From Trueperaceae bacterium (GTDB lineage: Bacteria; Deinococcota; Deinococci; Deinococcales; Trueperaceae), in NCBI GenBank assembly GCA_034520945.1, contig JAXHNB010000006.1, forward strand, positions 922,677-986,676: a stretch of DNA of 64,000 nt, given 5' to 3'. The position numbers were made by a program, and so were the translations under genes. Below the pieces are notes generated by a model. That model did not search any database. It was not told the DNA's origin and worked only from the letters and a program-made list of their open reading frames with translations. Within the stretch, counting starts at the first letter, position 1; each line of letters starts with the position of its first letter. Shown here in pieces: positions 31,817 through 42,708 of this stretch.

Positions 31817-32476
31817 ATGTCAAGGCCAGTACTTGCCGTCGGATCGATCGCTCTGGCTCTCTTCCTTGTCGCGATTGTCGCGCTGGCGATACAGAAGCCC
31901 GACGTAGGGAATGCGTTGGTAGCAGCGGGCACGCTGGGCCTGGCCAGCGTAGCTTTGGCGCAAGTCTTCTCCGACGCTCGTGCGCGGGAGCTGGATCGTA
32001 GGCTCGCCCTCTCGTGGAAGGACGTCGATCTGACCAGTGACGGCAGCCTCCGGCTCCGGATGGTCGCGAACCTTGGGAATTATCCCGTCGTCGTCCGCTA
32101 CTTCGCCATCGTCAATCGCCAAGGTGAGCGGATCGCCCACAAATTCGGACCCGTTCTCGCCCTACCTCCAGGCCGTGCCGACGGGCACCAAGTGAGCCTT
32201 GCCGCCACGAATCCCCGTTTGCTGGAGGACATGTACGACCGGGTCCCCGCCCAGGTTCTTGAGAAGGAGCGCTGGCTCGATGAAGCTTACAAGGTGCACC
32301 TCGTCATTCAGCACGGAGGGCGGCCGGGCGCCGACATTCACGCGTGCATGCCTGTCGGGCGTGTAATCAAGCAGGGCCTGCAGGTCGCCTTCTCGCACGT
32401 TCGCGTGGACTATGACGTGCGACCACCGAGAGCCCCCCAATCGGTTGATGAGGATGAAGCCATCGGTGCCGGATAG
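31817..32476 (+). CDS. Hypothetical protein with two N-terminal TM helices
   Basis: MSRPVLAVGSIALALFLVAIVALA...LVAAGTLGLASVALAQV; TAGCGT 7 nt upstream. Confidence 0.75.
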   Translation: MSRPVLAVGSIALALFLVAIVALAIQKPDVGNALVAAGTLGLASVALAQVFSDARARELDRRLALSWKDVDLTSDGSLRLRMVANLGNYPVVVRYFAIVNRQGERIAHKFGPVLALPPGRADGHQVSLAATNPRLLEDMYDRVPAQVLEKERWLDEAYKVHLVIQHGGRPGADIHACMPVGRVIKQGLQVAFSHVRVDYDVRPPRAPQSVDEDEAIGAG

Positions 32477-32707
32477 GTCCAGATGGCCACAAGCCGGAAA
32501 CCGGCATCGGACAACCAAATGGTCGGTGGGCGTCTGCATTGGCCTCAGCTTCACCACCTCGCCCTGCCGACGTGGGCAACTCTTTCGCTCGGCCCACAGA
32601 GGGAAGGCGCGAGTGGCGGTGCTGCCGAACTGTAAGGCACCGGAAGCGTCGTTACTGCCGGTTGCGCCTGGCTACACCGTCGCGACATCGCCGACAGTGC
32701 CGCGGGA

Positions 32708-32733
32708 GTGGCGACAAGACGTGTTGTCACAAC
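32708..32733 (+). repeat. Candidate tyrosine-recombinase site (left end of nested cassette)
   Basis: GTGGCGACAA-GACGTG-TTGTCACAAC: inverted 10-bp arms (8/10) with a 6-bp spacer. Confidence 0.55.
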
Positions 32734-32900
32734 CTGGAGACACACGACCTAGCTGGGCAAAACGACAGTGATTGGATCAGTGTTCAAGAAGTGACAGCTC
32801 GACGCCCTTCACAAACAAGGTGACTCAAGCATTGGTGTTTGGTGCTCTACCGCCAAATAGCATGGCCTGATGTGTAGGAGCGGCATGCGAGACTAAGTGC

Positions 32901-35900
32901 GTGCCAGAACCAGGAGCGCTTGCAGCAGCATGGGTCATTGGATCGCTACTGGTGGAAATTGCAAAGGCAGAGGCATCTAGCTTCATCCGAAGGGCCGCGG
33001 GCGCTGGGCCTGTGGAACGTGCGGCGCAGACCACTGGAAAGCACTTTGTTGACAAATACGACGGTGTGGCTGACCAAGTACAGCAGTGGGGGCAATCGAG
33101 GGCGTTCGAGGTACTTCTGGAGCGGGCTCGCCGGGGTGAACCCGTAGACTTGCCGCGAGTTGCCGTAGGAAGCTTCGTCGAGGAATCTGGCTTCGATAGC
33201 GGCGAAAATCGCAGTACGGAGGAAGAGGCCGCAGCGGTGTTGCGTTACTTCCTTGAGGAACTCAAGAGGGAGTTGTACGGGCCTGGAACCGTGGCTGTGA
33301 TGCAACATGTCGATGCTAAGTTTGAAGATCTTGAGCGCCGTACGTTACCTAAGCTTCTCGGCACCGATGAGCAACATGGTGGCCCGATTCCTGGCTACGA
33401 GGAGTGGCAGGTTCGTCTCGACGTAGTGAAACGCATGCTGACGCGTGGGCACCTAGACTCTGCCCAAGAGATGTTGAGTGACATCCAGAAGGAGGTGGAG
33501 GAGAAGGGAATTGACCTTCCAGCGACGCTACGGTTTCGTCTGGACACGAACTTGGGAGCTGTCTACCTCCACAACGACTGTCTTGAACATGCTGCTGAGG
33601 CGTTTGTCAGGGCCTTCGAGCACGAGAATGATTCCGCACGCGCCCTAGCCCATCGCGCCTACGCCGAGCTCATCAGGGATAATCCGGCAGGCGCAAGCGC
33701 GTACGTCGAAATGGCGCTTCGGAAAGACCCCGATCACGACGTTGCGTTGGCGACGTTGGCTCACACCCTTGAAGCACAAGGGCGAGACGCCGAAGCAACA
33801 CAGTTGTGGGACAAGGCGAGTTTGGAGAAGCCTGAACTGCTTGTCGCGCTGTGTTATGTCGAATTATCCAAGAGGGAATACGACCGCGTCGAAGCGAAGC
33901 TAAGCGGTTACCAAGTCGATGCTTGCGAGAGTCCGCGATTGGGGGTTGCCCATGCCCATGCGCTTCTTGGGCCGTTGATTGAGGTCTATAGAGCGGATCA
34001 CCCCCCATCAGATGCCATTCCAGAAGCCCACCTCAGTAGGCTGCGCAATGCTCTGGCCATCCTAGATTCTGTCTTGGAGCCTGACTCGGCGCCACTACCT
34101 CTAGAGTCTCGGGTGCAAGCCCTGTCGCTACGGGGGCTGGCACTAAGTGCGCTTGGACGGCGGGACCAGGCCATTTCAGACTGGGAGCGATTGCTGGCAA
34201 TGCGTCCGAACGATCCCCCGACGCTCCACAATCTCTTCGTGGCGTACCTCTCGGCTGACCGCGAAGGCGCAGCAGAGGGGGCCTTCTTGCAGTTGCCTAC
34301 GGAACAGCGAGATCTGCCTGTGGTACTCGCTTACTGCGAACTTCTGGTTTCGCAAGGAAGGACTGACAAAGCTGCTGGGTGGTTGGCGCCCTTGGAGCGC
34401 GACTCGCCAAATGGCAGTGAGGAGCGCGACTTAATTGCCGCCACCCGAGCGGTGCTAATTGCCGAATTAGAAGGTAATGATGCAGCTGTTGGATTCCTCG
34501 ATGCTGAGCTGCGTCGTTGTGGTGTGTCCGCCGTTGCTTGGGCTTACCTTGGAGAACTCCAAGCTCGGTGTGGCAATTTCGAAGGTGCGATACAAGCGTT
34601 TGACACGGCTCTAGCACGAGCGACCGGAAACACTCGCATGCGTATTGAGCGTGCATTTGCAGGGTTGTTGGCCGCCAGGGGCGAGGTCAGGCGTGCAGCG
34701 GAGATTGCGCAAGGGCTAGCACAGCGCACGAATAGTGAACGCGACTGGGATATGTACGTGTGGTGCCTCTACGAGGCGAGGGAGTTCCCTGCCATTCACC
34801 AGGCCATTGACGACCTCACGCGGCTGGGTGTGCCTCAGACGGCGACGGTGCGTGAGGTCCGGGCCAGATTAGCCATCTTTGAAGGGGACTTGGCATCGGC
34901 ACGATCGCAGTTCGAGGCGTTGGCAAGGGATTATCCGGCTCAAGCGTTCGAAGTTGATGTTGCGATCATTCATGTCCGGTTAGGGAATTTCGAGGCGGCC
35001 GTCAGAGTCGTTAGTCGTATGGAAATGGGATCGCTTGAGGGGCGGGCATTGCTACGTGCGATATCGGTCCTGAACGTTTCAGGGCGCCAAGATCTCGCGC
35101 TGCCATATGCGTATGCCGCCCTCCGAGAGCGCTTCACCGATCCTGAAGTTCACCATCTCTATTTGGCTGTGTTTTTCGCGGCGGAGCGTGAGGGCCGCAT
35201 CCGTGACCCAAAGGTCGTCGAGGTTGGGACGGCTGTACGATTGCAGATGGACCTTGGTGCACGCTGGGTCAGCATACTTTCGGACCCAAAGCCCTATCTC
35301 TTGGGGAGCGAATTTGGTCCGGATCACCCAGCCTCGAAAGCGCTCCTTGGGCTTGCCGTTGGTGACGAGGTCTATCTTCCGAACGGTGAAGCCGATGGCT
35401 CTACCGCAGTTCTCGTAGAGATCCAAGACAAATTCGTTCGGGCCTTCCAGGATGTAATCACAGACTACCGAAGCCGCTTTCCTGAGGACAAGAGCCTACA
35501 GAAGTACACTGCCGACCTAGATAGCCTTAATCCGTTGGGTGGTGTGCTGGAGCATGTCGTTCAGCGAAACGACGTTGTGACGCGCGCGCTTGAGAACTAC
35601 CGCTCGGACGTACTTCTCACAGTTGGTAGCGTCGCAAACGCCACACGGCAATCGTACTTCGCAGTGTGCGAAGCCTTCATTGCTGACAGGGCGCTCGCAC
35701 TCGATTCCACTACTCATGCGCCTTCGGAGCTAAGCTCAGGAGAGGCTCTCGTGGCACATCCCGGAGCCGTGGTCGAACTCACGTCCTTAATGCTGTTGCA
35801 CTGGCTTGGGCTCGGTGAGGCGTTCGCTCGAACACTTGGGCCCTTGTATGTCCCACAAGCCACCGTCGACTTGCTCCGACAAGAACTCCAAGACTTCCGT

Positions 35901-36671
35901 CAAGAGGAGCAGCAGGCGGGGACGTTAACAATGCACGATGGTCGGTTGGTGATGCATGATTCAGACCAGCAAGATCTGCATGCAAGGCGGCGCCTGCGAG
36001 AGGAACTGCTTGAGTTTGTTACCTCGCGCTGCCGGATCGTTCCAGTCCGCGCGCTGACGCGTCGTCCGGCTAATGAGCTAGAAGCGTTGTCAACGCTGTG
36101 GTCGGACAGTGCGTATGGTAGCGTCCTGGCCGCTCAGGAACGTGGCTTGCCTCTGGTGTCCGATGATCGGAAGCTCCGTGCGTGGGCCGAGAACCTGTTC
36201 CAAGTCAGCAATGTGAGTAGTCTGGTACTACTGGGTGTCCTACAGCGCAAACAACAACTCGCGGGCTTCGACTACCATGCGATCGCAATCGAGTTGGCCC
36301 GCATGAACGTTCAAGTACCGTGGATTACCTTCGAAACCTTGCAACGAGCCATGAACGAGAGCGGTTATGTGGTCACAGAGGACGTCCGATGCCTTCTTTC
36401 TGCGTTGGCGCAACCACGTGTGAGTGCTCGATATGCCACCGGCGTCCTCGTGCGGCTCTTGAAGGACGTTTTTGTCGTAGGTCGGCCAGCAATCTCTCGA
36501 CTGGCTTGGGTGGAAGCCTGTCTTGACTGCCTGTGTGAACACAGGACGCTGCAAGACGTGATGCCGCTGGTCAGGGGCTTCATTTCACATCATTTCGAGC
36601 TGCTACCGTTGCATGAACGCGAAGCGGTGAGGCTTGTTGAGGCGTGGTATGCACGCCGCTTGCGTACATAG
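32901..36671 (+). CDS. TPR-GreA/B-C-terminal-PIN protein (predicted conflict/defence effector)
   Basis: Long TPR array; GreAB-C-like VEVGTAVRL...DHPASKALLGLAVGDEV (~35210-35430); PIN-like AVVELTSL...YVPQATV...LPLVSDDRKLR. Confidence 0.85.
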   Translation: MPEPGALAAAWVIGSLLVEIAKAEASSFIRRAAGAGPVERAAQTTGKHFVDKYDGVADQVQQWGQSRAFEVLLERARRGEPVDLPRVAVGSFVEESGFDSGENRSTEEEAAAVLRYFLEELKRELYGPGTVAVMQHVDAKFEDLERRTLPKLLGTDEQHGGPIPGYEEWQVRLDVVKRMLTRGHLDSAQEMLSDIQKEVEEKGIDLPATLRFRLDTNLGAVYLHNDCLEHAAEAFVRAFEHENDSARALAHRAYAELIRDNPAGASAYVEMALRKDPDHDVALATLAHTLEAQGRDAEATQLWDKASLEKPELLVALCYVELSKREYDRVEAKLSGYQVDACESPRLGVAHAHALLGPLIEVYRADHPPSDAIPEAHLSRLRNALAILDSVLEPDSAPLPLESRVQALSLRGLALSALGRRDQAISDWERLLAMRPNDPPTLHNLFVAYLSADREGAAEGAFLQLPTEQRDLPVVLAYCELLVSQGRTDKAAGWLAPLERDSPNGSEERDLIAATRAVLIAELEGNDAAVGFLDAELRRCGVSAVAWAYLGELQARCGNFEGAIQAFDTALARATGNTRMRIERAFAGLLAARGEVRRAAEIAQGLAQRTNSERDWDMYVWCLYEAREFPAIHQAIDDLTRLGVPQTATVREVRARLAIFEGDLASARSQFEALARDYPAQAFEVDVAIIHVRLGNFEAAVRVVSRMEMGSLEGRALLRAISVLNVSGRQDLALPYAYAALRERFTDPEVHHLYLAVFFAAEREGRIRDPKVVEVGTAVRLQMDLGARWVSILSDPKPYLLGSEFGPDHPASKALLGLAVGDEVYLPNGEADGSTAVLVEIQDKFVRAFQDVITDYRSRFPEDKSLQKYTADLDSLNPLGGVLEHVVQRNDVVTRALENYRSDVLLTVGSVANATRQSYFAVCEAFIADRALALDSTTHAPSELSSGEALVAHPGAVVELTSLMLLHWLGLGEAFARTLGPLYVPQATVDLLRQELQDFRQEEQQAGTLTMHDGRLVMHDSDQQDLHARRRLREELLEFVTSRCRIVPVRALTRRPANELEALSTLWSDSAYGSVLAAQERGLPLVSDDRKLRAWAENLFQVSNVSSLVLLGVLQRKQQLAGFDYHAIAIELARMNVQVPWITFETLQRAMNESGYVVTEDVRCLLSALAQPRVSARYATGVLVRLLKDVFVVGRPAISRLAWVEACLDCLCEHRTLQDVMPLVRGFISHHFELLPLHEREAVRLVEAWYARRLRT

Positions 36672-36773
36672 AGCGATTCACCATGCCGTGGCGCTCGTGC
36701 CGCTACGCACTGGGGTCGCGCGTCCTGCGCGTGCTCGACACTGAGCGTGCCGAGTGGCGAGGGGGCGTTCACG

Positions 36774-37502
36774 TCAGTACTCCCAGTTCTCGTGCGCCAG
36801 TGGGCCTTGGTTGAGTTCGTCGCGGCGTAGGCGCCAGTGGGGCATGACTTCGTCCATGATGGCGACGAAGCGGGGGCCGTGGTGGCGTTCTCGGAGGTGG
36901 ACCATCTCGTGTACGAGTACGTATTCGAGGCAGGCTGGTGGCTTCTTGGCGAGTTCGAGGTTCAGCCAGATCCGTTGGGCGTCGGGGTTGCAGCTGCCCC
37001 ATTTGGTCTTCATGCGTTTGATGCCCCAGTGGGCTGGCTGGACGCCAATGGTGGGTTCCCAGGTGGCGATGAGGTCGGGGATGCGTTCGCGTAGGTGGTT
37101 TCGGTACCAGCGGTTGAGGATCTCGCGTCGTTTGGAGGGGTCGGTGTCGGGCCTAACGCGTAGGTGGAGGGTGGTGTTCCCGCGGATCGCAATGGAGGGT
37201 GGTCCCTCGTGGTGGGTGACGGAGAGCCGGTAGCGTTGGCCGAACAGGTAGTGGCTTTCGCCGGTGACCATGTCGCGTTGGGATTGGCGTGCTTGCGTTT
37301 GGAACGCTGTGCGCTGGCGTTTGATCCAGCGTAGGCGTGAAATGATGGCGAGGCGGATGCCGTCGTGGTCGAGGCGGAGGGGGGCGGCGACGCGGACCCT
37401 GCCGTCGGGTGGGTAGACGCCCACGTGGAGGTTCTTGATGTCCTTCTGGACGATCTCCACGGGGATGCCGCGAATCTCGATGTGTCGTCGGTCAGTACTC
37501 AC
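36774..37502 (-). CDS. YgjP/DUF45 (SprT-like) zinc metallohydrolase associated with type I R-M
   Basis: MKTKWGSCN, IWLNLEL, YVLVHEMVH (HEXXH), HGPRF; overlaps the hsdR end. Confidence 0.92.
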   Translation of the reverse strand: MSTDRRHIEIRGIPVEIVQKDIKNLHVGVYPPDGRVRVAAPLRLDHDGIRLAIISRLRWIKRQRTAFQTQARQSQRDMVTGESHYLFGQRYRLSVTHHEGPPSIAIRGNTTLHLRVRPDTDPSKRREILNRWYRNHLRERIPDLIATWEPTIGVQPAHWGIKRMKTKWGSCNPDAQRIWLNLELAKKPPACLEYVLVHEMVHLRERHHGPRFVAIMDEVMPHWRLRRDELNQGPLAHENWEY

Positions 37503-40500
37503 GTTGGTTGGTCACGATCTCGAAGATCTCGTCGGTTCGGTCGGTGTGGGGCCCGAGAGCCGTCTTGATGGCGTTGCGGAGTTTGCGTTGCTTGAAGCGG
37601 TTGCTGCGCCATCCGTCGAGCCTGTTGTCGCGGATGGCCTGGTCGACGGCTAGCGCGATGGGTTCGTTGCCGTCGAGGTTGTCGTAGAGCGCTTGCAGGG
37701 CGGGCGTGGCGATGCGGTCGGGGTACGCCGTGCTGGTGTGGGGTTGTTTTGCGTGCTTGGCGAGCTCCACGATCTTGGCGAGGTATTCCTTGTAGTTGAG
37801 GGCGCGTTGCTTGCGTTGTTGGATGAGGGCGTCGAGGAGTTCGGACATGCGCTCGTAGTACTTGGGGTTGACGGCGGATTCGTCGATGATGAGTTTGCGG
37901 ACGTTGTTCTCGATGGTGGAGGCGACGGCGTCTTCATTTCGTTTGATGCCGTCGGGGAGGGTGTCGATCGCGCCTGGGCCTTGTTGCAGGATGAGGTCAA
38001 CGAGGGTGTGGTCGTCGAAGCGGGATAGCGTTTCGGTTTCTTCGGCGCGGATGTACGTGTCGAGGAGGTGCCGCATGGCGGGTTCGAAGATTTTCATGTC
38101 GACGTAGTCGCCGCTGGCGAGTTTGACCTCTTGGCGGGCGTTTTCGTAGTGCGTGACCTCGTTCTTGAGCGTTCGCGCTTCGTCTTCGCTGTAGCCTGCT
38201 TGCTGCAGTTCGTTGGCGAGGTTGGCGTAGGCGCGCACGAAGGTCGCGACGTGTTTGTAGAGCGCGACGCGTTTGGGTTCGTTGTCCTTGAGTTGCTCCG
38301 CGTTGCCGCTGTCGGTGGCGCAGAAGTAGCGGAGGTAGGCGGCTGTGTCGTGGGGGGTTCGACGGGTTCGCATAGGGCCTTGACGGCTTCGCGGGCTTCC
38401 TCTAGCCGCTCGCGTCCTTGTTGAAGGCGGTCTTCGAGGAGGCCTTCGACGTCTTCGGCGTCGAAGCCGTCGAATGCTTCACCGGTGTAGTCCTGCAGGG
38501 ATTTCTCTAGGGACTTGAAGAGGTCTTTGTAGTCGACGATGTAGCCGACTTCCTTGTCTTCGGTGTGGAGGCGGTTGACGCGGCAGATGGCTTGGAATAG
38601 GCCGTGGTCGCGCATGTGTTTGTCGATGTAGAGGTAGGTGGCGGGTGGGGCGTCGAAGCCTGTGAGGAGTTTGTCGACGACGATCAGCAGTTTCATCTGG
38701 CCGGGCTCGTGGATGAAGCGGTGCTTGACGTCCCGTTCGAACGTGTCGACCTTGTGGACGGCCGTGTCGGGTGGCTCGTCGAAGTGTTCGGCGAGCATGC
38801 GTTGGTAGATCTCGTACTGGTGTAGCTTCTCGGTTTCCCCTTCGCCGGTTTCTTCCCCTTTGATGTGCGCGGTGGAGGGCACGTAGGAGGTGACGATGGC
38901 GCATTTGCCTTTGAGGTCGGTCTGTTGGAACATGTCGAAGAGGCGGCAGGCGGCGTAGATGCTGCCTGCTACGAGCATGGCGTTGCCGTGCCCACTCAGG
39001 AGGCGGTCGCGGGTCGCCATGTCCCAGAGGATGTCGGAGACGATCTTTTCGAGCCGGTCGCGGGAACTTAGGACCTTTTGGAGGGTGCCCCAGCGTTGTT
39101 TGAGTTGGGCGCGGGCGTAGTCGTTGAGGCCTTGCGTCTTGACGTCGAACCACTGGTCGATCTTGTCCTGGGAGGTGATGTGCTGGTCGATGTCGCGCGC
39201 TTCGTAGCGTAGGTCCAGCACGACGCCGTCGTGGACGGCTTCGTCGTACTTGTAGGTGTGGATGTAGGGTCCGAACGTCTCGATGCTCTTGCGTTTGTCG
39301 GTCTTGAGGAGCGGGGTGCCGGTGAACCCAATCAGCGTGGCGCCGGGGAGGAGGGCTTTCATGGCTTCGTGGAGCTTGCCGGATTGGGTGCGGTGGCATT
39401 CGTCGACGAAGACGAACATAGTGCCCTTGGCGCGGAACCCTTTGGGCAGGTGGCTTTGCAGGTCTTGGATGAAGGTGTCTACGTCGCCTTCTTCGGAGGC
39501 GCCGAACTTGTGGATGAGTGAGGCAATCAGCCACTCTTCGTTGTCGTTGAGAACGTTGATCAGGTCGGTGCCGCTCTTGGTGCGGTGGATGTGTTCGTCG
39601 ACGCCCTTGAAGACCGTTTCGATCTGCTGGTCGAGTTCGTTGCGGTCGGTGATGATCAGGACACGCCCGTCGGGCACGTGTTCGCGGATCCACTTGGCGA
39701 GCCACACCATGGTGAGGGACTTGCCGCTTCCTTGCGTGTGCCAGATGATGCCGCCTTCGCGGCGGCGTACGTGTTCTTGGGCAGCTTTCACCCCGAAGTA
39801 CTGATTGTGCCGGCAGGTTTTCTTTGTGCCCGCGTCGAAGACGATGTAGTCGTGAATGACCTCTAGGAGGCGGTCCTTGCGGACGAGGTGATCCAGTCCG
39901 CGTTCCAGCAGGTCCTCGACGTTCGAGGGTTCCTTCCACTGCAGCCAGTACTTCTCTGGGGTTTCGATCACGCCGTAGCGGAGACCTTCGGTGCTATTTC
40001 CCGCCATCAGGAGCTGCGTGGTCGAGAAGAACTCCTGGATGAACTCTTGCTTCTGGTTCCCGAGGGTTTGCCGGACGCCTTCGGCGACGGCTACCGTGGA
40101 GCGCTTGAGTTCCAGGACGCCCAGTGCGATGCCGTTGACGTACAGCACGAGGTCGGGTCGTTTGGTGTGCGTCCCCTCGATGGTGACTTCCTCGGCGATC
40201 GCGAAATCGTTGTTGTCCGGGTTGTTCCAGTCGATCAGCCATATCGTGACGTGCTGTTGTTCGATGGAGGGCTTGACCTTCACGCCGTAGCGCAGCAGGC
40301 TGTAGACCTCGCGATTGGCGTCGTACAGGGTCTTGCTGCCCGAGATTGCGGCGGCTTGATCCAGTTCTCGCAGCGCCTTTTCAAGGATGCGCTCATCGTG
40401 GCCTTGCCGTTGCAACCAGTCACGGAGGAGGCCCTTCTCGATGTTGCGGTTGTCCTCGCGATCCTTCCAGTTGCCGAGGTACTGATAGCCGAGTCGGTCT

Positions 40501-40559
40501 TGGAAGAACCGTAGGGCTTGTTGCTGCGTGCGGTATTCGCGTTGCCCGACGGTGCTCAT
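37492..40559 (-). CDS. hsdR: Type I restriction subunit R, frameshift at G6 tract 38352-38357
   Basis: RPDLVLYVNGI..ELK nuclease motif, WHTQGSGKS, VDECHR, GFTGTP, DKLLTGFDAP, QAICRVNR; one extra C joins EPVEPP to HDTAAYLRYFCA. Confidence 0.95.
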
Positions 40560-41446
40560 TCTGGTGATTCTGCGCGCGCTTGTTGTAGTTCCTTCAGGGT
40601 GCGTCCCCGGGCGTCTTTCCAGGCGCGCCGACCGTTGGCGTTTCCGCCTACGAGGACGCCCGCGGCCGTGGAGGGCGACGTGAACCGGTAGTCTTGCGCA
40701 AACAAGAGGCTGTCGCCATCCGTCACGAGTACGTCGCGGTCTTGGAGTTCAGCCCTTAGCTCCCGCAAGTAGTTGTGGATGGACTTGGTTTCGCTCGTGC
40801 GGGCGCGAGCGCCCTTCATGACGACGAAGCCCTCGGCCACTTCCGTGCCCTTCGCCTCGGCCCCTCGTTCAGCGAGCCGCAGCTCAGCGGAGTCGTCAGT
40901 TGTGTCGGGACCAGGGGCCCGTGCCTGGCTCGCGGCTGCGGAGAATGCGTCGATGCCGAGGACGGGGAAGATCAGCATCATTTCCTCAAGAAACCACTCG
41001 GCGTCGGCTCGGTCGGCCTCGGACAAGGGCGGCGATGCGGGTTGCGTGCCGTTTGCGACCTTCCATTGGTTCGCGTCCCTGGCCAGGCCGACGAGGCGCG
41101 ATTCCAGGTAACGAACGTGAGCCTTGTTCAAGCCTTCATTCGTGCTCGTAAATGCCACCAGCCGCGTCCAGAACTCCTTGCTCGCGACGTGCTGCTTGAT
41201 CCGTTCACGGAGCACGTCTGCCTCGCCCACGTACACTTGGGGCGTTGCCGCTTCGCCTGGGCCGGTCAGGACGTACACGCCAGGTTGGCCCAGCTCGTCG
41301 CGCACCAGGGCCCGGTCGAGCTGCGACCGGCTGGCCACCACGGCCCGGCCGGTCCAGTTCGACTTCTCTACGATGCGCAGCCCGTCGGGCACCCCATCAG
41401 CGAGGAAGATGCGAATCGAGGTGGGGCGCGGGCTGCTCGTCGTCAC
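40556..41446 (-). CDS. GIY-YIG nuclease with C-terminal DUF4357/RAMA-like domain
   Basis: PGVYVL...VYVGEA..LRERIKQH...YLESRL; C-terminal FTSPSTAAGVLVGGNANGRRAWK. Confidence 0.9.
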   Translation of the reverse strand: MTTSSPRPTSIRIFLADGVPDGLRIVEKSNWTGRAVVASRSQLDRALVRDELGQPGVYVLTGPGEAATPQVYVGEADVLRERIKQHVASKEFWTRLVAFTSTNEGLNKAHVRYLESRLVGLARDANQWKVANGTQPASPPLSEADRADAEWFLEEMMLIFPVLGIDAFSAAASQARAPGPDTTDDSAELRLAERGAEAKGTEVAEGFVVMKGARARTSETKSIHNYLRELRAELQDRDVLVTDGDSLLFAQDYRFTSPSTAAGVLVGGNANGRRAWKDARGRTLKELQQARAESPE

Positions 41447-42708
41447 GCCGCTACCTCCGGCTTTACCAAGCGGGTCCTCCCGGTCAACAACTGCTGCATC
41501 ATGCCCTGCTTGATCTGGCGCGTCTTGTCGCGGCGACGTTCTAGAGCCTCGATTTCAGCATCCATGTCGGTAAGCACTTCAGCGATCGCGGCTTGTTCTT
41601 CCAGATCAGGCATGGGAAGTTCAAGGTTCTTGACGTCGCGGCTACCAATAGCCGGGTAGTTAGAACCGGCAATGATCTTGTTGATTTGTTGATTAGCTGT
41701 GCTGCCAAAGAAGTGGGAATAGATGAAGCCTGGATGCGCATGACTTGGATCAGACCTCACAACGGTGAAACCCGTTGAACATATGGCATTTTGCAACTGC
41801 CCATCGAATAGAAGGTGTGATTTTAGGTTCGGCCGTACTGTGGATACCATGATGTCATCACGACGGAGGATTCGTCTTGCCCGTACGGGGGCAGAACGGA
41901 ATCGCTCGGTGGACCAGCCGCGGAGCTTACCTTCTTCTACGTCTTCCAGCGAAATGTAATGGAACGTGTAATGCGGAGGAGTGTTTTCACCAAGGTTCTC
42001 GGGGTCAATCTCAGCAACGTTCGCCAACCGCTTTGTCTTCCACTCGCCCGTAAAACCCGGTAGGCGGGTCTGGCCGGTGAGGAGTTGTTGCATGGTGGCC
42101 TGTTTTATGGCGCGCTTCTTGGCGATCAGGCGGTCGAGGGATTCGATCAGCGCGTCCGCATCCGACAGGGTGGTGGCGATGGCGCGTTGTTCGCGGAGCG
42201 GCGGAACCGGAAGTCTAACCGTCTTGATCCCACCCAAGGATATGAATGGTTGCGCTTGGCCACTCTTCGGCCATATTCCTGGTTCTCCAGTCGCAATGAA
42301 TAGAAACTTGACATCCATCTCGCCTACAACTGGCCTAATCCAGATGGTGTTCTTTATGGCCGTCCACTTGCCGCTGGCTAGCCATGTCCTACCGCATTTG
42401 GCTCCAATCGCACTTACAATCACCGCAGTCGCATCGTGGTCGTACCAACTTACGTATCCGTCCGGCCCAGACGCGCTAAACGCCTGGTATCCATGATCTC
42501 GATAAGCCGCTTTCGTGATAGACGTATTTCCCCAGTCAAATTCCGAGGTTTGGGACAACGTCTTCACCTCCCAATCCTCTGGAATAGTCCCAACCTCGGT
42601 TCGCGTATAGCCCGGCGAAACCTCGCTTTGCGCGCTTTCTGACGCACGCATATGATACGCAGCGGCAGTGCCCCGCACGGCTTCCAATGCTTGACTACGT
42701 TCCGACAT
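41443..42708 (-). CDS. hsdS: Type I R-M specificity subunit
   Basis: IPEDWEV, two lower-GC TRDs and two conserved helices PPLREQRAIA...MQQLLTG and PDLEEQAAIA...MQQLLTG. Confidence 0.95.
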   Translation of the reverse strand: MSERSQALEAVRGTAAAYHMRASESAQSEVSPGYTRTEVGTIPEDWEVKTLSQTSEFDWGNTSITKAAYRDHGYQAFSASGPDGYVSWYDHDATAVIVSAIGAKCGRTWLASGKWTAIKNTIWIRPVVGEMDVKFLFIATGEPGIWPKSGQAQPFISLGGIKTVRLPVPPLREQRAIATTLSDADALIESLDRLIAKKRAIKQATMQQLLTGQTRLPGFTGEWKTKRLANVAEIDPENLGENTPPHYTFHYISLEDVEEGKLRGWSTERFRSAPVRARRILRRDDIMVSTVRPNLKSHLLFDGQLQNAICSTGFTVVRSDPSHAHPGFIYSHFFGSTANQQINKIIAGSNYPAIGSRDVKNLELPMPDLEEQAAIAEVLTDMDAEIEALERRRDKTRQIKQGMMQQLLTGRTRLVKPEVAA

